Shown here piece after piece: positions 13,005 through 22,753 of a stretch of DNA of 49,981 bases. The stretch is taken from assembly GCA_028280665.1 (NCBI GenBank), contig JANQLJ010000032.1, positions 1 through 49,981 on the forward strand, given 5' to 3'. Position 1 is the stretch's first letter; each line of letters begins with the position of its first letter. The stretch comes from Alphaproteobacteria bacterium. GTDB lineage: Bacteria; Pseudomonadota; Alphaproteobacteria; JAJFIK01. A program made the translations under genes and the position numbers. The notes under the pieces were generated by a model. That model ran no database searches. It was not told the DNA's origin and was given only the letters and a program-made list of their open reading frames with translations.

Positions 13005-14987
13005 ATGGCGCGAAGGGCGCGGCGGCGCAGGTCCGCAAGACCGAAGACAAGACGCAAAACAGGAACGAGACGGCGGAGGAAACCTAAATTCCTCAAGGCT
13101 TTTCCGTTCCTTGCGCCCGTTATGCCGTACTTGCCGGGCGCTTTCAGATTTGCGGGCGTGGCGGTCCTTTGGCTCGGCATCGGTTTTTCCGGGCTGATGC
13201 TCTACTACGCAGGCACCTTGCCTGATACCTCGGGCCTTATGGCCGAAACGCGCGGAGCGGGGATTACCATTCTCGATGTGCGGGGCCGCGTTGTCGCGAC
13301 CCGCGGCGCGTCCGCAGAGCCCTTCGTGCAAGCCGAAGACTTGCCGCCGCACGTTTCCGCCGCGGTGCTTGCCATCGAAGACCGCCGCTTCTACCGCCAC
13401 TTTGGGCTTGATTTTATAGGCCTTGCCCGCGCCATGGTTGCGAATGTGCGCGCGGGCCGCGTGGTTCAAGGCGGCAGCACCATCACTCAGCAGCTTGCAA
13501 AGAACTTGTTTCTCACGCCCGAGCGCACCTTCCGCCGCAAGGTTCAGGAAACCATGCTCGCTCTGTGGCTGGAGGCGCGGTTCTCAAAGAATGAAATCCT
13601 CACACTCTATCTCAACCGCGTTTATTTTGGCGGCGGCGCTTACGGTATCGAAGCGGCGGCGCAGCGTTATTTTGGCGTGGACGCGGGTCGCCTCACTCTC
13701 AATCAGGCGGCCATGCTGGCCGGGCTTTTGAAAGCCCCCTCGCGTTATTCGCCCGCCTCCAACCCCGAAGCCGCCGCCGTGCGGATGCAAGTGGTCTTGC
13801 GCGCCATGGTGGATGCCGGGTTTCTCGATCCCGATGCCCAGGCCTTGAGTGAAAGCGCACCCGCCGCCTACACCCTTGCCACCGCAACGGACGGGGCGGG
13901 CTATTTCGTCGACTGGCTGATGGACCGGCTGCCCGCTTATATCGGCGGCACGGACGGCAATCTCGTGGTCGAGACGACGCTCGACCTCGATGTTCAAGAT
14001 GCCGCGGAACGGGCGCTTGCGGAGAGCCTCGATGCTCAAGGCGCATCGCGCGACGTGCATCAGGGCGCGGCCGTTGTCTTCGATCTTGCGGGCGGCGTTA
14101 CGGCCATGGTGGGTGGGCGGTCTTACGCGGACAGCCAGTTCAATCGCGCAACCCAGGCCCGGCGCCAGCCGGGCTCGGCCTTCAAGCCTTTTGTTTACTT
14201 GGCGGCGCTTGAAGCGGGTTACCGGCCCGACTCCATCGTGCTTGACGAGACGGTCGAGGTAGATGGCTGGGCGCCGGAAAATTATTCCCGCGAGCACGAA
14301 GGGTTCATGCAGCTCGGCGAAGCGTTCTCTGCGTCCGTCAACACGGTGGCGGTGCGGCTTATCGAGAACGTTGGCCCCGAGAACGTCTCCCGCACCGCGC
14401 GGCGCATGGGCATCACGACGCCGCTTGATGAGTTTCCCTCTCTCGCGCTCGGCGCGGTGGAGGTCAGCCCGTTTGAGCTTACCAGCGCCTATGTGCCGCT
14501 CGCGAATGGGGGCGCGGGCGTCATCCCTCATGCGATCGCCCGTATCCGCACGGCGGACGGGCGCGTGCTTTTCGAGCGCACGGGATCAGGCCCCGGCCGC
14601 GTGATCGCCGCCCGCGCCACCGCTGATCTTGTTTCCATGATGACGGTTGCGATTGCCAGCGGTACGGGCCGGCGCGCGTATCTCGCGGACCGGCCAAGCG
14701 CGGGCAAGACCGGCACCAGTCAGGACTTTCGCGATGCGTGGTTTGTCGGGTTCACCGGCGATTATGTGGCGGGGGTGTGGCTTGGCAATGACGACAACTC
14801 GCCCATGGCCCGGGTGACCGGCGGCACGCTTCCGGCACAGACCTGGGCGCTTTTGATGCGCGACGCGCATCGCGGCCTGCCGCCCCGGGCGCTTGCCGGG
14901 CGCTTGCCGGTGCGCGCGCCGGAGATCGAGCGCGGCTCGCTTGCCGAAGCCTTTTTGGGATATGAGCTCGAGCTGTCGCCGAACTAG
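13005..14987 (+). CDS. Class A penicillin-binding protein (PBP1A family, transglycosylase/transpeptidase)
   Basis: TG motifs EDRRFY.H.G and GGSTITQQLAKN; TP motifs SAFK, SVN and KTGT; N-terminal TM. Confidence 0.95.
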   Translation: MARRARRRRSARPKTRRKTGTRRRRKPKFLKAFPFLAPVMPYLPGAFRFAGVAVLWLGIGFSGLMLYYAGTLPDTSGLMAETRGAGITILDVRGRVVATRGASAEPFVQAEDLPPHVSAAVLAIEDRRFYRHFGLDFIGLARAMVANVRAGRVVQGGSTITQQLAKNLFLTPERTFRRKVQETMLALWLEARFSKNEILTLYLNRVYFGGGAYGIEAAAQRYFGVDAGRLTLNQAAMLAGLLKAPSRYSPASNPEAAAVRMQVVLRAMVDAGFLDPDAQALSESAPAAYTLATATDGAGYFVDWLMDRLPAYIGGTDGNLVVETTLDLDVQDAAERALAESLDAQGASRDVHQGAAVVFDLAGGVTAMVGGRSYADSQFNRATQARRQPGSAFKPFVYLAALEAGYRPDSIVLDETVEVDGWAPENYSREHEGFMQLGEAFSASVNTVAVRLIENVGPENVSRTARRMGITTPLDEFPSLALGAVEVSPFELTSAYVPLANGGAGVIPHAIARIRTADGRVLFERTGSGPGRVIAARATADLVSMMTVAIASGTGRRAYLADRPSAGKTGTSQDFRDAWFVGFTGDYVAGVWLGNDDNSPMARVTGGTLPAQTWALLMRDAHRGLPPRALAGRLPVRAPEIERGSLAEAFLGYELELSPN

Positions 14988-15730
14988 CCTTCGCGGCCGT
15001 AGGCGTAAAGAAGCGCGCCGTTGGTCTCAAGCCACTCTTCGCCTTCATCGGCCCAAGGCACCAGACGGTCAACGAGGTCCCAAAACCGGTCCGAGTGATC
15101 GAGGTGGCGCAGGTGGGCAACCTCGTGCGCGGCCACGTAGTTGAGCACCCAGTGCGGTGCAAGCACCAGCCGCCAGCTAAACGACAGCGTGCCCGAACAA
15201 CTGCACGAGCCCCAGCGCGTGGTGGTGTCGCGCACGCAGAGCCGTTCGATCTTCAGCCGCGCCCGGCGCGCGTGCTCATAGGCGCAAACCGCAAGCTCCT
15301 CGCGGGCGCGGGCTTTCAGGAAATCCTTGACCCGGCGGTCCACATGTTCGAGCGCGCCGGACACATTGAGCTTGCCGTCCTCGATCCACACGCCACGGCG
15401 GGCGTAAGGCCGGTGCACAATTTTCAATTTGTCGCCTAGAAAGGGAATCTTCCGCCCGGGCTTGAACGGCTTGCCTTTGGGCACCGCTGCCACTTCTTCG
15501 GCAATCCAGTCGCGGTTTTCGAGCGCGAACTCAAGCGCGCTGTCGACGGTGTATTTGGAGGGCGTGACCAGCACCACCGACCGGTTTGCGGGCTCCACTT
15601 TGATCAAGTGCCGCTGCGCCCGGGGGTTAATCCGGATAGTGACAGGAACCGCCTCGCCTGCAATGTTCAGCGTTTGAGGCCCCATCAGGGCGATCTCGGT
15701 AACGCGGCGGCGTTTCTTACTCTTACTCAT
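14984..15730 (-). CDS. YgjP/DUF45-type zinc metallopeptidase (M48-like/SprT-like)
   Basis: RWGSCS, YVAAHEVAHL (HExxH) and HSDRFW. Alternative start at 15685. Confidence 0.9.
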   Translation of the reverse strand: MSKSKKRRRVTEIALMGPQTLNIAGEAVPVTIRINPRAQRHLIKVEPANRSVVLVTPSKYTVDSALEFALENRDWIAEEVAAVPKGKPFKPGRKIPFLGDKLKIVHRPYARRGVWIEDGKLNVSGALEHVDRRVKDFLKARAREELAVCAYEHARRARLKIERLCVRDTTTRWGSCSCSGTLSFSWRLVLAPHWVLNYVAAHEVAHLRHLDHSDRFWDLVDRLVPWADEGEEWLETNGALLYAYGREG

Positions 15731-15759
15731 TGCTGTTCAACCTGCAAAAAGCCAAACCG

Positions 15760-16197
15760 ATGCAAAACCAACTCCCAACACACCCCACAAAATTTCACCT
15801 CGCCTTTCCGGTCGATAACCTGATGGCGGCCCGCGCCTTTTACAAGGAGCTACTGGGCTGCCGCGAAGGCCGGTCGAGCGATCAGTGGGTCGACTTCGAT
15901 TTTCATGGACACCAGATCGTGGCACACCTCGTGGACAGGAAAGAAGATACGCAAATTACAAATCCTGTCGATGGAAAAATGATCCCCGTGCGTCACTTTG
16001 GTCTCATCGTGCCTTTCGCCGAATGGGAAGGGCTGGCGAGCCGCCTCCGCGACGCAGGCATAGATTTCCTCGTTGATCCTTACATAAGGTTTAACGGCGA
16101 GGCGGGCGAGCAAGGAACTTTCTTTGTGAAAGACCCCGCGGGCAACGCCATCGAGTTCAAGGCGTTCCGCAATGAAGATCAGCTTTTCGCGCGCTGA
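15760..16197 (+). CDS. VOC/glyoxalase family protein
   Basis: FHLAFPV, WVDFDFHGHQIVAH, HFG and DPAGNAIEFK. Confidence 0.9.
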   Translation: MQNQLPTHPTKFHLAFPVDNLMAARAFYKELLGCREGRSSDQWVDFDFHGHQIVAHLVDRKEDTQITNPVDGKMIPVRHFGLIVPFAEWEGLASRLRDAGIDFLVDPYIRFNGEAGEQGTFFVKDPAGNAIEFKAFRNEDQLFAR

Positions 16198-17435
16198 TCC
16201 CGGCGGCGGTCCTCGATTCCTGCGATAAATGCGCCGATGCGCGGGCAGATCTCGTCACGCCAGCGCCCGCCATTGAAGACCCCGTAATGGCCGACGCCCT
16301 TTTGCACGTGGTCGGTCTGCATGTCTTTGGGGATGGCATGACACAGCGCGTGGGCGGCCTGGGTTTGGCCGATGCCGGAGATATCGTCAAGCTCGCCTTC
16401 GACGGTCATGAGCCCGGTGGCGGTAATGGCCGCGGGGTCGACACGCCGCGCTCTATGACAGAATTCGCCGCGCGCGAGCAAGTGGCGCTGGAACACACGG
16501 TCCACGGTTTGAAGGTAAAACTCCTCGGTGAGATCCATCACCGAGAGGTATTCGTCATAGAAGGTGCGGTGCTTTTCTGCCGAATCGCCGTCGCCCTCCA
16601 CCAGGTGATCGAAGTAATTCCACTGCGCTTCCATGTGCTTGCCGCGGTTCATGGCGATGAAGTTAGTAAGCTGCAAAAAGCCCGGATAAACCCGGCGGAA
16701 GGCGCCCGGGTGCGGCAGTGGTACAGTGGAGATCATGTTGGCGTTGAACCAGGCGAGCGGGCGCTGCTCCGCCAGCACATTAGGCACCGTCGGGCTCTCC
16801 CGTGCGTCAATGGGGCTGCCCATCAGGATCATGGAGGCGGGCGTTGCCGCATCGCCCTCTTCGGCGAGCAGCGCCGTTGCGGCAAGAACCGCCGGGCCCG
16901 GCTGGCACACCGCCATCACGTGGACACCCTTCCCCACGTGCCGGATCATGGTGATGACATAGTCGATATAGTCATCGAGATCGAAGCGGCCTTGGGTCAC
17001 CGGCACGACGCGCGCGTCTTCCCAATCGGTGATGTAAACATCATGGGTCTTGAGCATCGCCTCTACAGTCCCGCACAAAAGCGTGGCGTAGTGCCCGGAA
17101 AGCGGCGCGGCGATCAGCACCTTTGGCTGGGAAACGGGGCTCTCCGGCCATTGCTTTTCAAAATGAATAAGGCGGCAAAATGTGCTCTGCCAGGGAACGC
17201 GCTCGGCAACGGGCACGGGCTCGCCCGCGACCATGGTTTCGGTAATGCCGAAAGCCGGCTTGCCGTAGCGCCTTGTGGTGAGCTCAAAGACGTCCGTCGC
17301 CGCCACCGCCGCCCGGCCAAGGCCCGTATACGTCCAAGGATTAAGGGGATGGGTGAGCGATTGCCTGATCGCGCCCGCCGCCGTGCGCCACGGTGTAATG
17401 GCGGCGTGGGTTAACTCGTACGCATGATAGAGCAT
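16179..17435 (-). CDS. phaZ: Intracellular polyhydroxyalkanoate depolymerase (Cys nucleophile type)
   Basis: APLSGHYATLL, DVYITDW, AVCQP, VEGELDDISGIGQT and VGHYGVFNG. Confidence 0.95.
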   Translation of the reverse strand: MLYHAYELTHAAITPWRTAAGAIRQSLTHPLNPWTYTGLGRAAVAATDVFELTTRRYGKPAFGITETMVAGEPVPVAERVPWQSTFCRLIHFEKQWPESPVSQPKVLIAAPLSGHYATLLCGTVEAMLKTHDVYITDWEDARVVPVTQGRFDLDDYIDYVITMIRHVGKGVHVMAVCQPGPAVLAATALLAEEGDAATPASMILMGSPIDARESPTVPNVLAEQRPLAWFNANMISTVPLPHPGAFRRVYPGFLQLTNFIAMNRGKHMEAQWNYFDHLVEGDGDSAEKHRTFYDEYLSVMDLTEEFYLQTVDRVFQRHLLARGEFCHRARRVDPAAITATGLMTVEGELDDISGIGQTQAAHALCHAIPKDMQTDHVQKGVGHYGVFNGGRWRDEICPRIGAFIAGIEDRRRDQRAKS

Positions 17436-17534
17436 TACTTGATTGCCCCCTCGAATCGCTCCTAGTGATGAGCTTATCGCACTGCAGCGCGAGGGGAAGG
17501 GAAAGCCGCAAGGTATCGTTACGGCAAGCCCAGT

Positions 17535-18173
17535 TTAGAGAAGCCGCCGCAGTTGGGCCGCAAGCTGGTCGGGCGTGACGTCCGCGTTCAGAAGATCGAT
17601 AATCTCCCCTTCGCGTCCCACCACATAAATGACCGAGGAATGGTTAATCGTGTAATCGTCCGCCGCCGGGTCACCGACGATCTGACGCCCCACCGCATAG
17701 GCGCTGGCGACACCCAGGACTTCTTCTTCCGCGCCCGTAAGCCCGATCAGATTGTCCGCGAAATAGGACACGTAAGGCGCCATCGCTTCGGGGGTGTCGC
17801 GCGCGGGATCGACGGTCACAAAAAGAGGCTGAATGTCTTGCGCGCGCCGTCCCATCCGGTCCAGCGCCGCGGAGATGAGCGTCAAGTGAATGGGGCAAAC
17901 GTCCGGGCAGTAGGTGAACCCGAAATAGATGAGCACCACCTGCCCGCGGAAATCGGAAAGGCTGACCGGCTCTCCCGTGTGTGCGGTGAGGGTGAACTCA
18001 CCGCCAAGACCGGCGAAACTTTCGGCCCGGCCCGCAGGCGCGCGGTCCAGGGTCAGCGCCCACATGGCGCTCACCGCAACGAGCACCGCAAAGGCGCCGG
18101 CGAGGACCGGAATCCACCGCAGCTCGAAGGGGCGGTCCGGGCGATCATCATTCGTGGCGGTTTGATTAACCAT
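17535..18173 (-). CDS. SCO1/SenC/PrrC family copper chaperone
   Basis: N-terminal TM, FGFTYCPDVCP (CxxxC), TVDPARD and conserved His in YTINHS. Confidence 0.95.
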   Translation of the reverse strand: MVNQTATNDDRPDRPFELRWIPVLAGAFAVLVAVSAMWALTLDRAPAGRAESFAGLGGEFTLTAHTGEPVSLSDFRGQVVLIYFGFTYCPDVCPIHLTLISAALDRMGRRAQDIQPLFVTVDPARDTPEAMAPYVSYFADNLIGLTGAEEEVLGVASAYAVGRQIVGDPAADDYTINHSSVIYVVGREGEIIDLLNADVTPDQLAAQLRRLL

Positions 18174-18325
18174 GGGCTAGGCATCGGATATCCGGGGCTT
18201 TTCCGCAACTCCCCAAATTGCCGCACAAGGGATCACGGGCTTCTCACTGGCCAGAACGCGGCCATGGTTGTATTTAAGGGAAAGGCAGGGCTCAAATGCG
18301 CAAGTACAAGCGAGGAGCCGATCTC

Positions 18326-18934
18326 ATGGGGATCATGCAAAGAACAAGGGCAAGAGTTGCGGCACTAACCGTTGCGCTGACCGCGGGGCTTGTGTTCGCG
18401 CTCGCAAGCTTCACGTCGCCTGCGGTCGCGCAGGGCATCTTCGACGAAACCATGTTCGACAGCGACCTCATCAAGGCGATCCGCAGCGCCGATGATGAAG
18501 CCTTGAGAGGTGCGATTATCTCCGATGGAAATATCAATGACCGGTCGGGCTCGGGCTCGCCGGCGATTGTGGTGGCGGTGGAAAGCCGGAACCTCAGCGC
18601 CGTTCAGATTCTTGCCGAGGCGGGTGCCCGGCTGAACAATGAGAACCGCCGCACCGATGCGACCGCGCTCACCTTGGCGGCGGAGATGGGCGAGACCGCG
18701 ATTGCGCGCGTTCTGCTCGACTTTGGCGCGGACCCCGATGAAACCGGCACGGGGGCTGAGCCCGCACTCATCAAGGCGGCGCGCAATGGCCATGGGAATA
18801 TCGTGCAGGCCTTGATTGACGCGGATGCGGACCTCGAAGTCACCGACCTTTCCGGCGCAACGGCGGTGGAGATCGCCGAGCAAAATCGTCACTACGATGT
18901 CGCTCAAGTGCTGAGAGACGCGGGCGCTTACTAA
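18326..18934 (+). CDS. Exported ankyrin-repeat protein
   Basis: Signal-peptide-like N-terminus and about 4 ankyrin-like repeats (TALTLAAEMG...LLDFGADP, ALIKAARNGHGNIVQALIDADAD). GAGGAG lies upstream of the ATG at 18326. Confidence 0.88.
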   Translation: MGIMQRTRARVAALTVALTAGLVFALASFTSPAVAQGIFDETMFDSDLIKAIRSADDEALRGAIISDGNINDRSGSGSPAIVVAVESRNLSAVQILAEAGARLNNENRRTDATALTLAAEMGETAIARVLLDFGADPDETGTGAEPALIKAARNGHGNIVQALIDADADLEVTDLSGATAVEIAEQNRHYDVAQVLRDAGAY

Positions 18935-18935
18935 G

Positions 18936-19766
18936 CTATTCGCCTAATTGCAAAAGCATACCCCGCTCGCGCGCCTGCTCGAAGAAATAAAGAAACACCG
19001 CGACCCCAAGGCCAATGTAAAGCGCGTTCAGGGCAAAGCTCCATGCGAGGAAATCGAGGCGCACCTGCCCATCGATCATAATGGCACGCAGCCCCTCGAA
19101 CACATGGGCCAGGGGAAAGGCATAGGCGATGGGCTCGACCCATCCCGGCAAGATCGCAACGGGGTAATAGACCGCCGCAATGGGCGCGAGCAGAAACAAA
19201 AGCGCCCAGGCAAGCTCTTCGGCGCTCTGGCCATAGCGCAGCGCGAGGCCGGAAACCACGAGCCCCACCGCCCAGCCGAACATCAGCAACGAAAACAAAA
19301 ACGCCGCGAGCATGATGCCGAGGCTCAAAATGGAGAACTCGAACATCAGGTAAGCGATAATGGCGGCGGGGATGACGGCGATCAGGGTACGGAGGGTGCT
19401 CATGACCATGAGCGCGAGAATGAACTCCGATATGCGCAAGGGGCTCACAAGCAGGTGCCCCATGTTGCGTGACCAGATCTCTTCAAAAAAGGAAAGCGAA
19501 AACCCAAGCTGCCCGCGGAACATCACGTCCCATAAAAGCACCGCGCCTATCAGCACGCCGACGGCTTGCGCGAAGAAACTCGAATGCTGAATCAGGAAGG
19601 TCTGAATGAACCCCCAGATCAGAATTTGCAGCGTGGGCCAGTAGAACATGGAAACCATGCGCGGCCAGCTCGACCGGATGAGATAGAGATAACGCTGGAT
19701 CATCGCACCGATGCGGCCGGGCGAGAAAGCCGTGCTGCCGGTGTTGAGGCGTTCCAGATCGCTCAT
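18936..19766 (-). CDS. ABC-2 type exporter permease
   Basis: About 6 hydrophobic segments; FEEIWSRNMGHLLVSPL and YYPVAILP. Start at 19766 overlaps the ATPase stop. Confidence 0.9.
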   Translation of the reverse strand: MSDLERLNTGSTAFSPGRIGAMIQRYLYLIRSSWPRMVSMFYWPTLQILIWGFIQTFLIQHSSFFAQAVGVLIGAVLLWDVMFRGQLGFSLSFFEEIWSRNMGHLLVSPLRISEFILALMVMSTLRTLIAVIPAAIIAYLMFEFSILSLGIMLAAFLFSLLMFGWAVGLVVSGLALRYGQSAEELAWALLFLLAPIAAVYYPVAILPGWVEPIAYAFPLAHVFEGLRAIMIDGQVRLDFLAWSFALNALYIGLGVAVFLYFFEQARERGMLLQLGE

Positions 19767-20596
19767 GACCGCACCTCTTCTGAGACAGCGCGGGGGCCGT
19801 GGCTTAGCAGCTCGTCCACCGCCGCGCCTTCTTCTTCGCGGCTCGGCTTGCGCCGGTTGCGCGCGATGTCGATGAACACTTCTTCCATGTTCGCGCGGCC
19901 ATAGCGGGCGATGAGTTCGCGGGGGGCGCCTTCGTCCACAATGCGGCCCTTGTTCATCATGATGACGTTGTCCGCAAGCCGTTCGACCTCGGTCATGTTG
20001 TGCGAGGCAAGCAGGATGGTCGCGCCCGAGCGCTCCTTGTAGTTGGAAAAGTGCTGGCGCACCCAATCGGCGGTATCGGGATCGAGCGAGGCGGTGGGCT
20101 CGTCTAGGAGGAGCAGCTCGGGCGTGTTGATGAACGCTTTCGCAAGACCCACGCGGGTCTTCTGCCCGGCGGAAAGCGTGCCCGACGGCCGGTCCAAAAA
20201 CTCGGTAAGCGCCAGTTCCCCGGCAAGCTCGTCAATGCGGGAAGCCACATCTTTAACACCGTAAAGCCGGCCATAGACGCGCAAGTTCTCGCGCACGGTC
20301 AGGCGTTTGGGCAGATCCACGTAAGGGCTTTCGAAATTCATACGCGCGAGCGCCTTGTGCCGCGCCCGCCGCATATCAACGCCCAGCACTTCGATTGTGC
20401 CTGCGGTGGGTTTGATAAGGCCGAGCAGCATGGAGATGGTGGTGGTTTTTCCCGCGCCGTTCCCGCCCAGAAGCGCGGTGGTCGAGCCGTGCGGCACCAA
20501 GAAACTGATCCCGTCCACGGCAGCGACAGTGCTGAAGGTTTTGGTCAGGCCGGAGACGCGGATCGCCTCGGAACGCGCTCGGCTTGGCGTACTCAT
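19763..20596 (-). CDS. ABC transporter ATP-binding protein
   Basis: GGNGAGKTT, LSAGQ, LLLLDEPT and H-loop LASH. Confidence 0.95.
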   Translation of the reverse strand: MSTPSRARSEAIRVSGLTKTFSTVAAVDGISFLVPHGSTTALLGGNGAGKTTTISMLLGLIKPTAGTIEVLGVDMRRARHKALARMNFESPYVDLPKRLTVRENLRVYGRLYGVKDVASRIDELAGELALTEFLDRPSGTLSAGQKTRVGLAKAFINTPELLLLDEPTASLDPDTADWVRQHFSNYKERSGATILLASHNMTEVERLADNVIMMNKGRIVDEGAPRELIARYGRANMEEVFIDIARNRRKPSREEEGAAVDELLSHGPRAVSEEVRS

Positions 20597-20671
20597 TGAA
20601 CTTTGGGCCTTTCCATTTCCCACGCCCGGCGGGCCTCGCCTTTTGGGCGGCAACGCGCCTATATAAAGCAT

Positions 20672-22030
20672 ATGAGCGATTTGGACACCCCGAGCAACGA
20701 TTCCTCGCTCCCTCTTGCGCGCGCTACGGGGCGCGTGCGTCTGCGCACGCTGGTCCTGCTGCGCTGGCTTGCGGTGGCGGGGCAAACGGTGGCGGTGCTG
20801 GGGGTTCACTTTGTGGCGGGGTTCGCGCTGCCGCTTGTTGCCTGTCTTGTTGTGATCGGCGCGAGCGCGGCGCTCAATATCGCGGTGTCGGTGCGCTTTC
20901 CGTTTGCCAAGCGGCTTTCAAACCGCGAGGCCGCGCTTTATCTCGGTTTCGATCTTGTGCAGCTTTTCGCGCTGCTTCTTCTCACGGGCGGGCTGCAAAA
21001 CCCCTTTGCGATTCTGTTCCTGGCGCCGGTGGCGATCTCCGCGGCAAGTCTTGATCTCAAAACCACCGTCGCGCTCGGCGCGCTTGCGTTCTTGTGCGTG
21101 ACCGTTCTTGCGTTCTATCACCTGCCGCTGCCCTGGGCGGCATCCACGCCGCCCGATCTTCCCGTGCTCTATGTGGCGGGCATTTGGGTGGCGCTGGTTC
21201 TGGGTCTTGGCTTTACCGCCGTTTACGCCTGGCGCATTTCGTCCGAAGCCGAGCGCATGTCCATGGCGCTTGAGGCAACGCGCGCGGCGCTGGCGCGCGA
21301 ACATCACCTTGCCTCACTGGGCGGGCTCGCGGCGGCGGCAGCGCACGAGCTCGGCACGCCGCTTGCGACCATTGCGCTCGTATCAAAAGAACTTGAACGC
21401 GAAGTGGACAGAAAAAGCGCCCTTGCCGAGGATGTAATGCTGATCAGCAGTCAGGCCGCACGCTGCCGCGAGATCCTGACGAGGCTTTCCCGTCAGCCGG
21501 GCGATGGCCATGATCACATGGCCGAGGCGCCCCTTGGCGCGCTGCTTGACGAAGTGGCGGCGCCCAATCTTGGTTTGGGCGTCGATGTCAAAGTGATCCT
21601 CACCCCGCCCACGGATGAACGCGCGGGGGCCGAGCCGCTCATCAAGCGCCAGCCGGAAATCATCCACGGACTGCATAATCTTGTGGAAAATGCCGTCGAT
21701 TTTGCGCGGGCGCATGTGACGGTAACCGCATCCTGGACCGCGGACCACGTGCGGGTGCGCATCCGGGACGACGGCCCCGGCATCGCCGCGGAGATTCTCG
21801 CGCAACTAGGGGAGCCTTATGTCTCCTCCCGCCGCCGCGAAGAAGTGGGCGCGGACCCGGAAGAAGCGATCGGCATGGGGCTTGGGTTCTTTATTGCCAA
21901 GACCTTGCTCGAGCGGACCGGCGCCAAGCTCGCTGCGCGAAACCCGGGCGAGGGCGGCGCGGAAGTCGAGGTTGTCTGGCCGCGCGCCCGCATCAAGGCG
22001 GGGCGGGAGAACGCCGCGGGGTCTCCCTAA
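20672..22030 (+). CDS. regB: Redox sensor histidine kinase of the RegB/PrrB/ActS family
   Basis: Quinone-binding GGLQNPF, H-box AAAAHELGTPL, redox Cys in RCREIL, ENAVDFA and GMGLG. Confidence 0.95.
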   Translation: MSDLDTPSNDSSLPLARATGRVRLRTLVLLRWLAVAGQTVAVLGVHFVAGFALPLVACLVVIGASAALNIAVSVRFPFAKRLSNREAALYLGFDLVQLFALLLLTGGLQNPFAILFLAPVAISAASLDLKTTVALGALAFLCVTVLAFYHLPLPWAASTPPDLPVLYVAGIWVALVLGLGFTAVYAWRISSEAERMSMALEATRAALAREHHLASLGGLAAAAAHELGTPLATIALVSKELEREVDRKSALAEDVMLISSQAARCREILTRLSRQPGDGHDHMAEAPLGALLDEVAAPNLGLGVDVKVILTPPTDERAGAEPLIKRQPEIIHGLHNLVENAVDFARAHVTVTASWTADHVRVRIRDDGPGIAAEILAQLGEPYVSSRRREEVGADPEEAIGMGLGFFIAKTLLERTGAKLAARNPGEGGAEVEVVWPRARIKAGRENAAGSP

Positions 22031-22160
22031 CAGGCTCTTTCCCTCGTTTTACCGCTATCACGCTTCGAGGGTGGAAATCCGCAGCGGCGTCTTATATCTC
22101 TGTGCGCGTGCCAGGCACCTGGTGCTGCGCGCCAAAAAATCGAGGAAGGGCAAAGCACGG

Positions 22161-22718
22161 ATGGCTGATGAGTTCATTGACCTCAAAACCCTTGAGGACC
22201 GAAGCCTTCTTATTGTCGATGATGACACCCCGTTCCGGACGCGGCTCGGCCGCGCCATGGAAGCGCGCGGCTTTGACGTGGTACTGGCGGAAAGCGTGGG
22301 CGAGGCGAAATCGGAAATCACCCGCGCGGTGCCCGCTTTTGCAGTGGTGGACCTGCGCCTTGAGGACGGCAATGGCCTCGACGTGGTCCAGCGCATTCAG
22401 GACCAGCGCCCCGAGGCGCGGGTGATCGTACTCACGGGCTACGGCAACATCACGACGGCGGTGGCGGCGGTGAAGCGCGGGGCCATCGACTACCTCGCCA
22501 AGCCCGCGGACGCGGACGATGTGGAGCGCGCGCTCCTCTCGGCAAACGGCGATTTGCCGCCGCCGCCGGAAAATCCCATGTCAGCGGACCGGGTGCGCTG
22601 GGAGCACATTCAGCGGGTCTATGAGCTTTGCGGCAAGAACGTTTCGGAAACCGCGCGGCGGCTTAACATGCACCGGCGCACCCTGCAGCGCATTTTGGCG
22701 AAACGCGCACCGCGCTGA
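22161..22718 (+). CDS. regA: Response regulator of the RegA/PrrA/ActR family
   Basis: Receiver domain plus PENPMSADRVRWEHIQRVYE and HTH NVSETARRLNMHRRTLQRIL. Confidence 0.97.
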   Translation: MADEFIDLKTLEDRSLLIVDDDTPFRTRLGRAMEARGFDVVLAESVGEAKSEITRAVPAFAVVDLRLEDGNGLDVVQRIQDQRPEARVIVLTGYGNITTAVAAVKRGAIDYLAKPADADDVERALLSANGDLPPPPENPMSADRVRWEHIQRVYELCGKNVSETARRLNMHRRTLQRILAKRAPR

Positions 22719-22753
22719 ATTGTCATTCCGGGGCGACCGGAATGACGGTTGGC

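Noticed and set aside
17477-17489. PhaR operator upstream of phaZ
   Set aside because: Only a degenerate CTGC-N3-GCGA match; too weak to call in GC-rich DNA.
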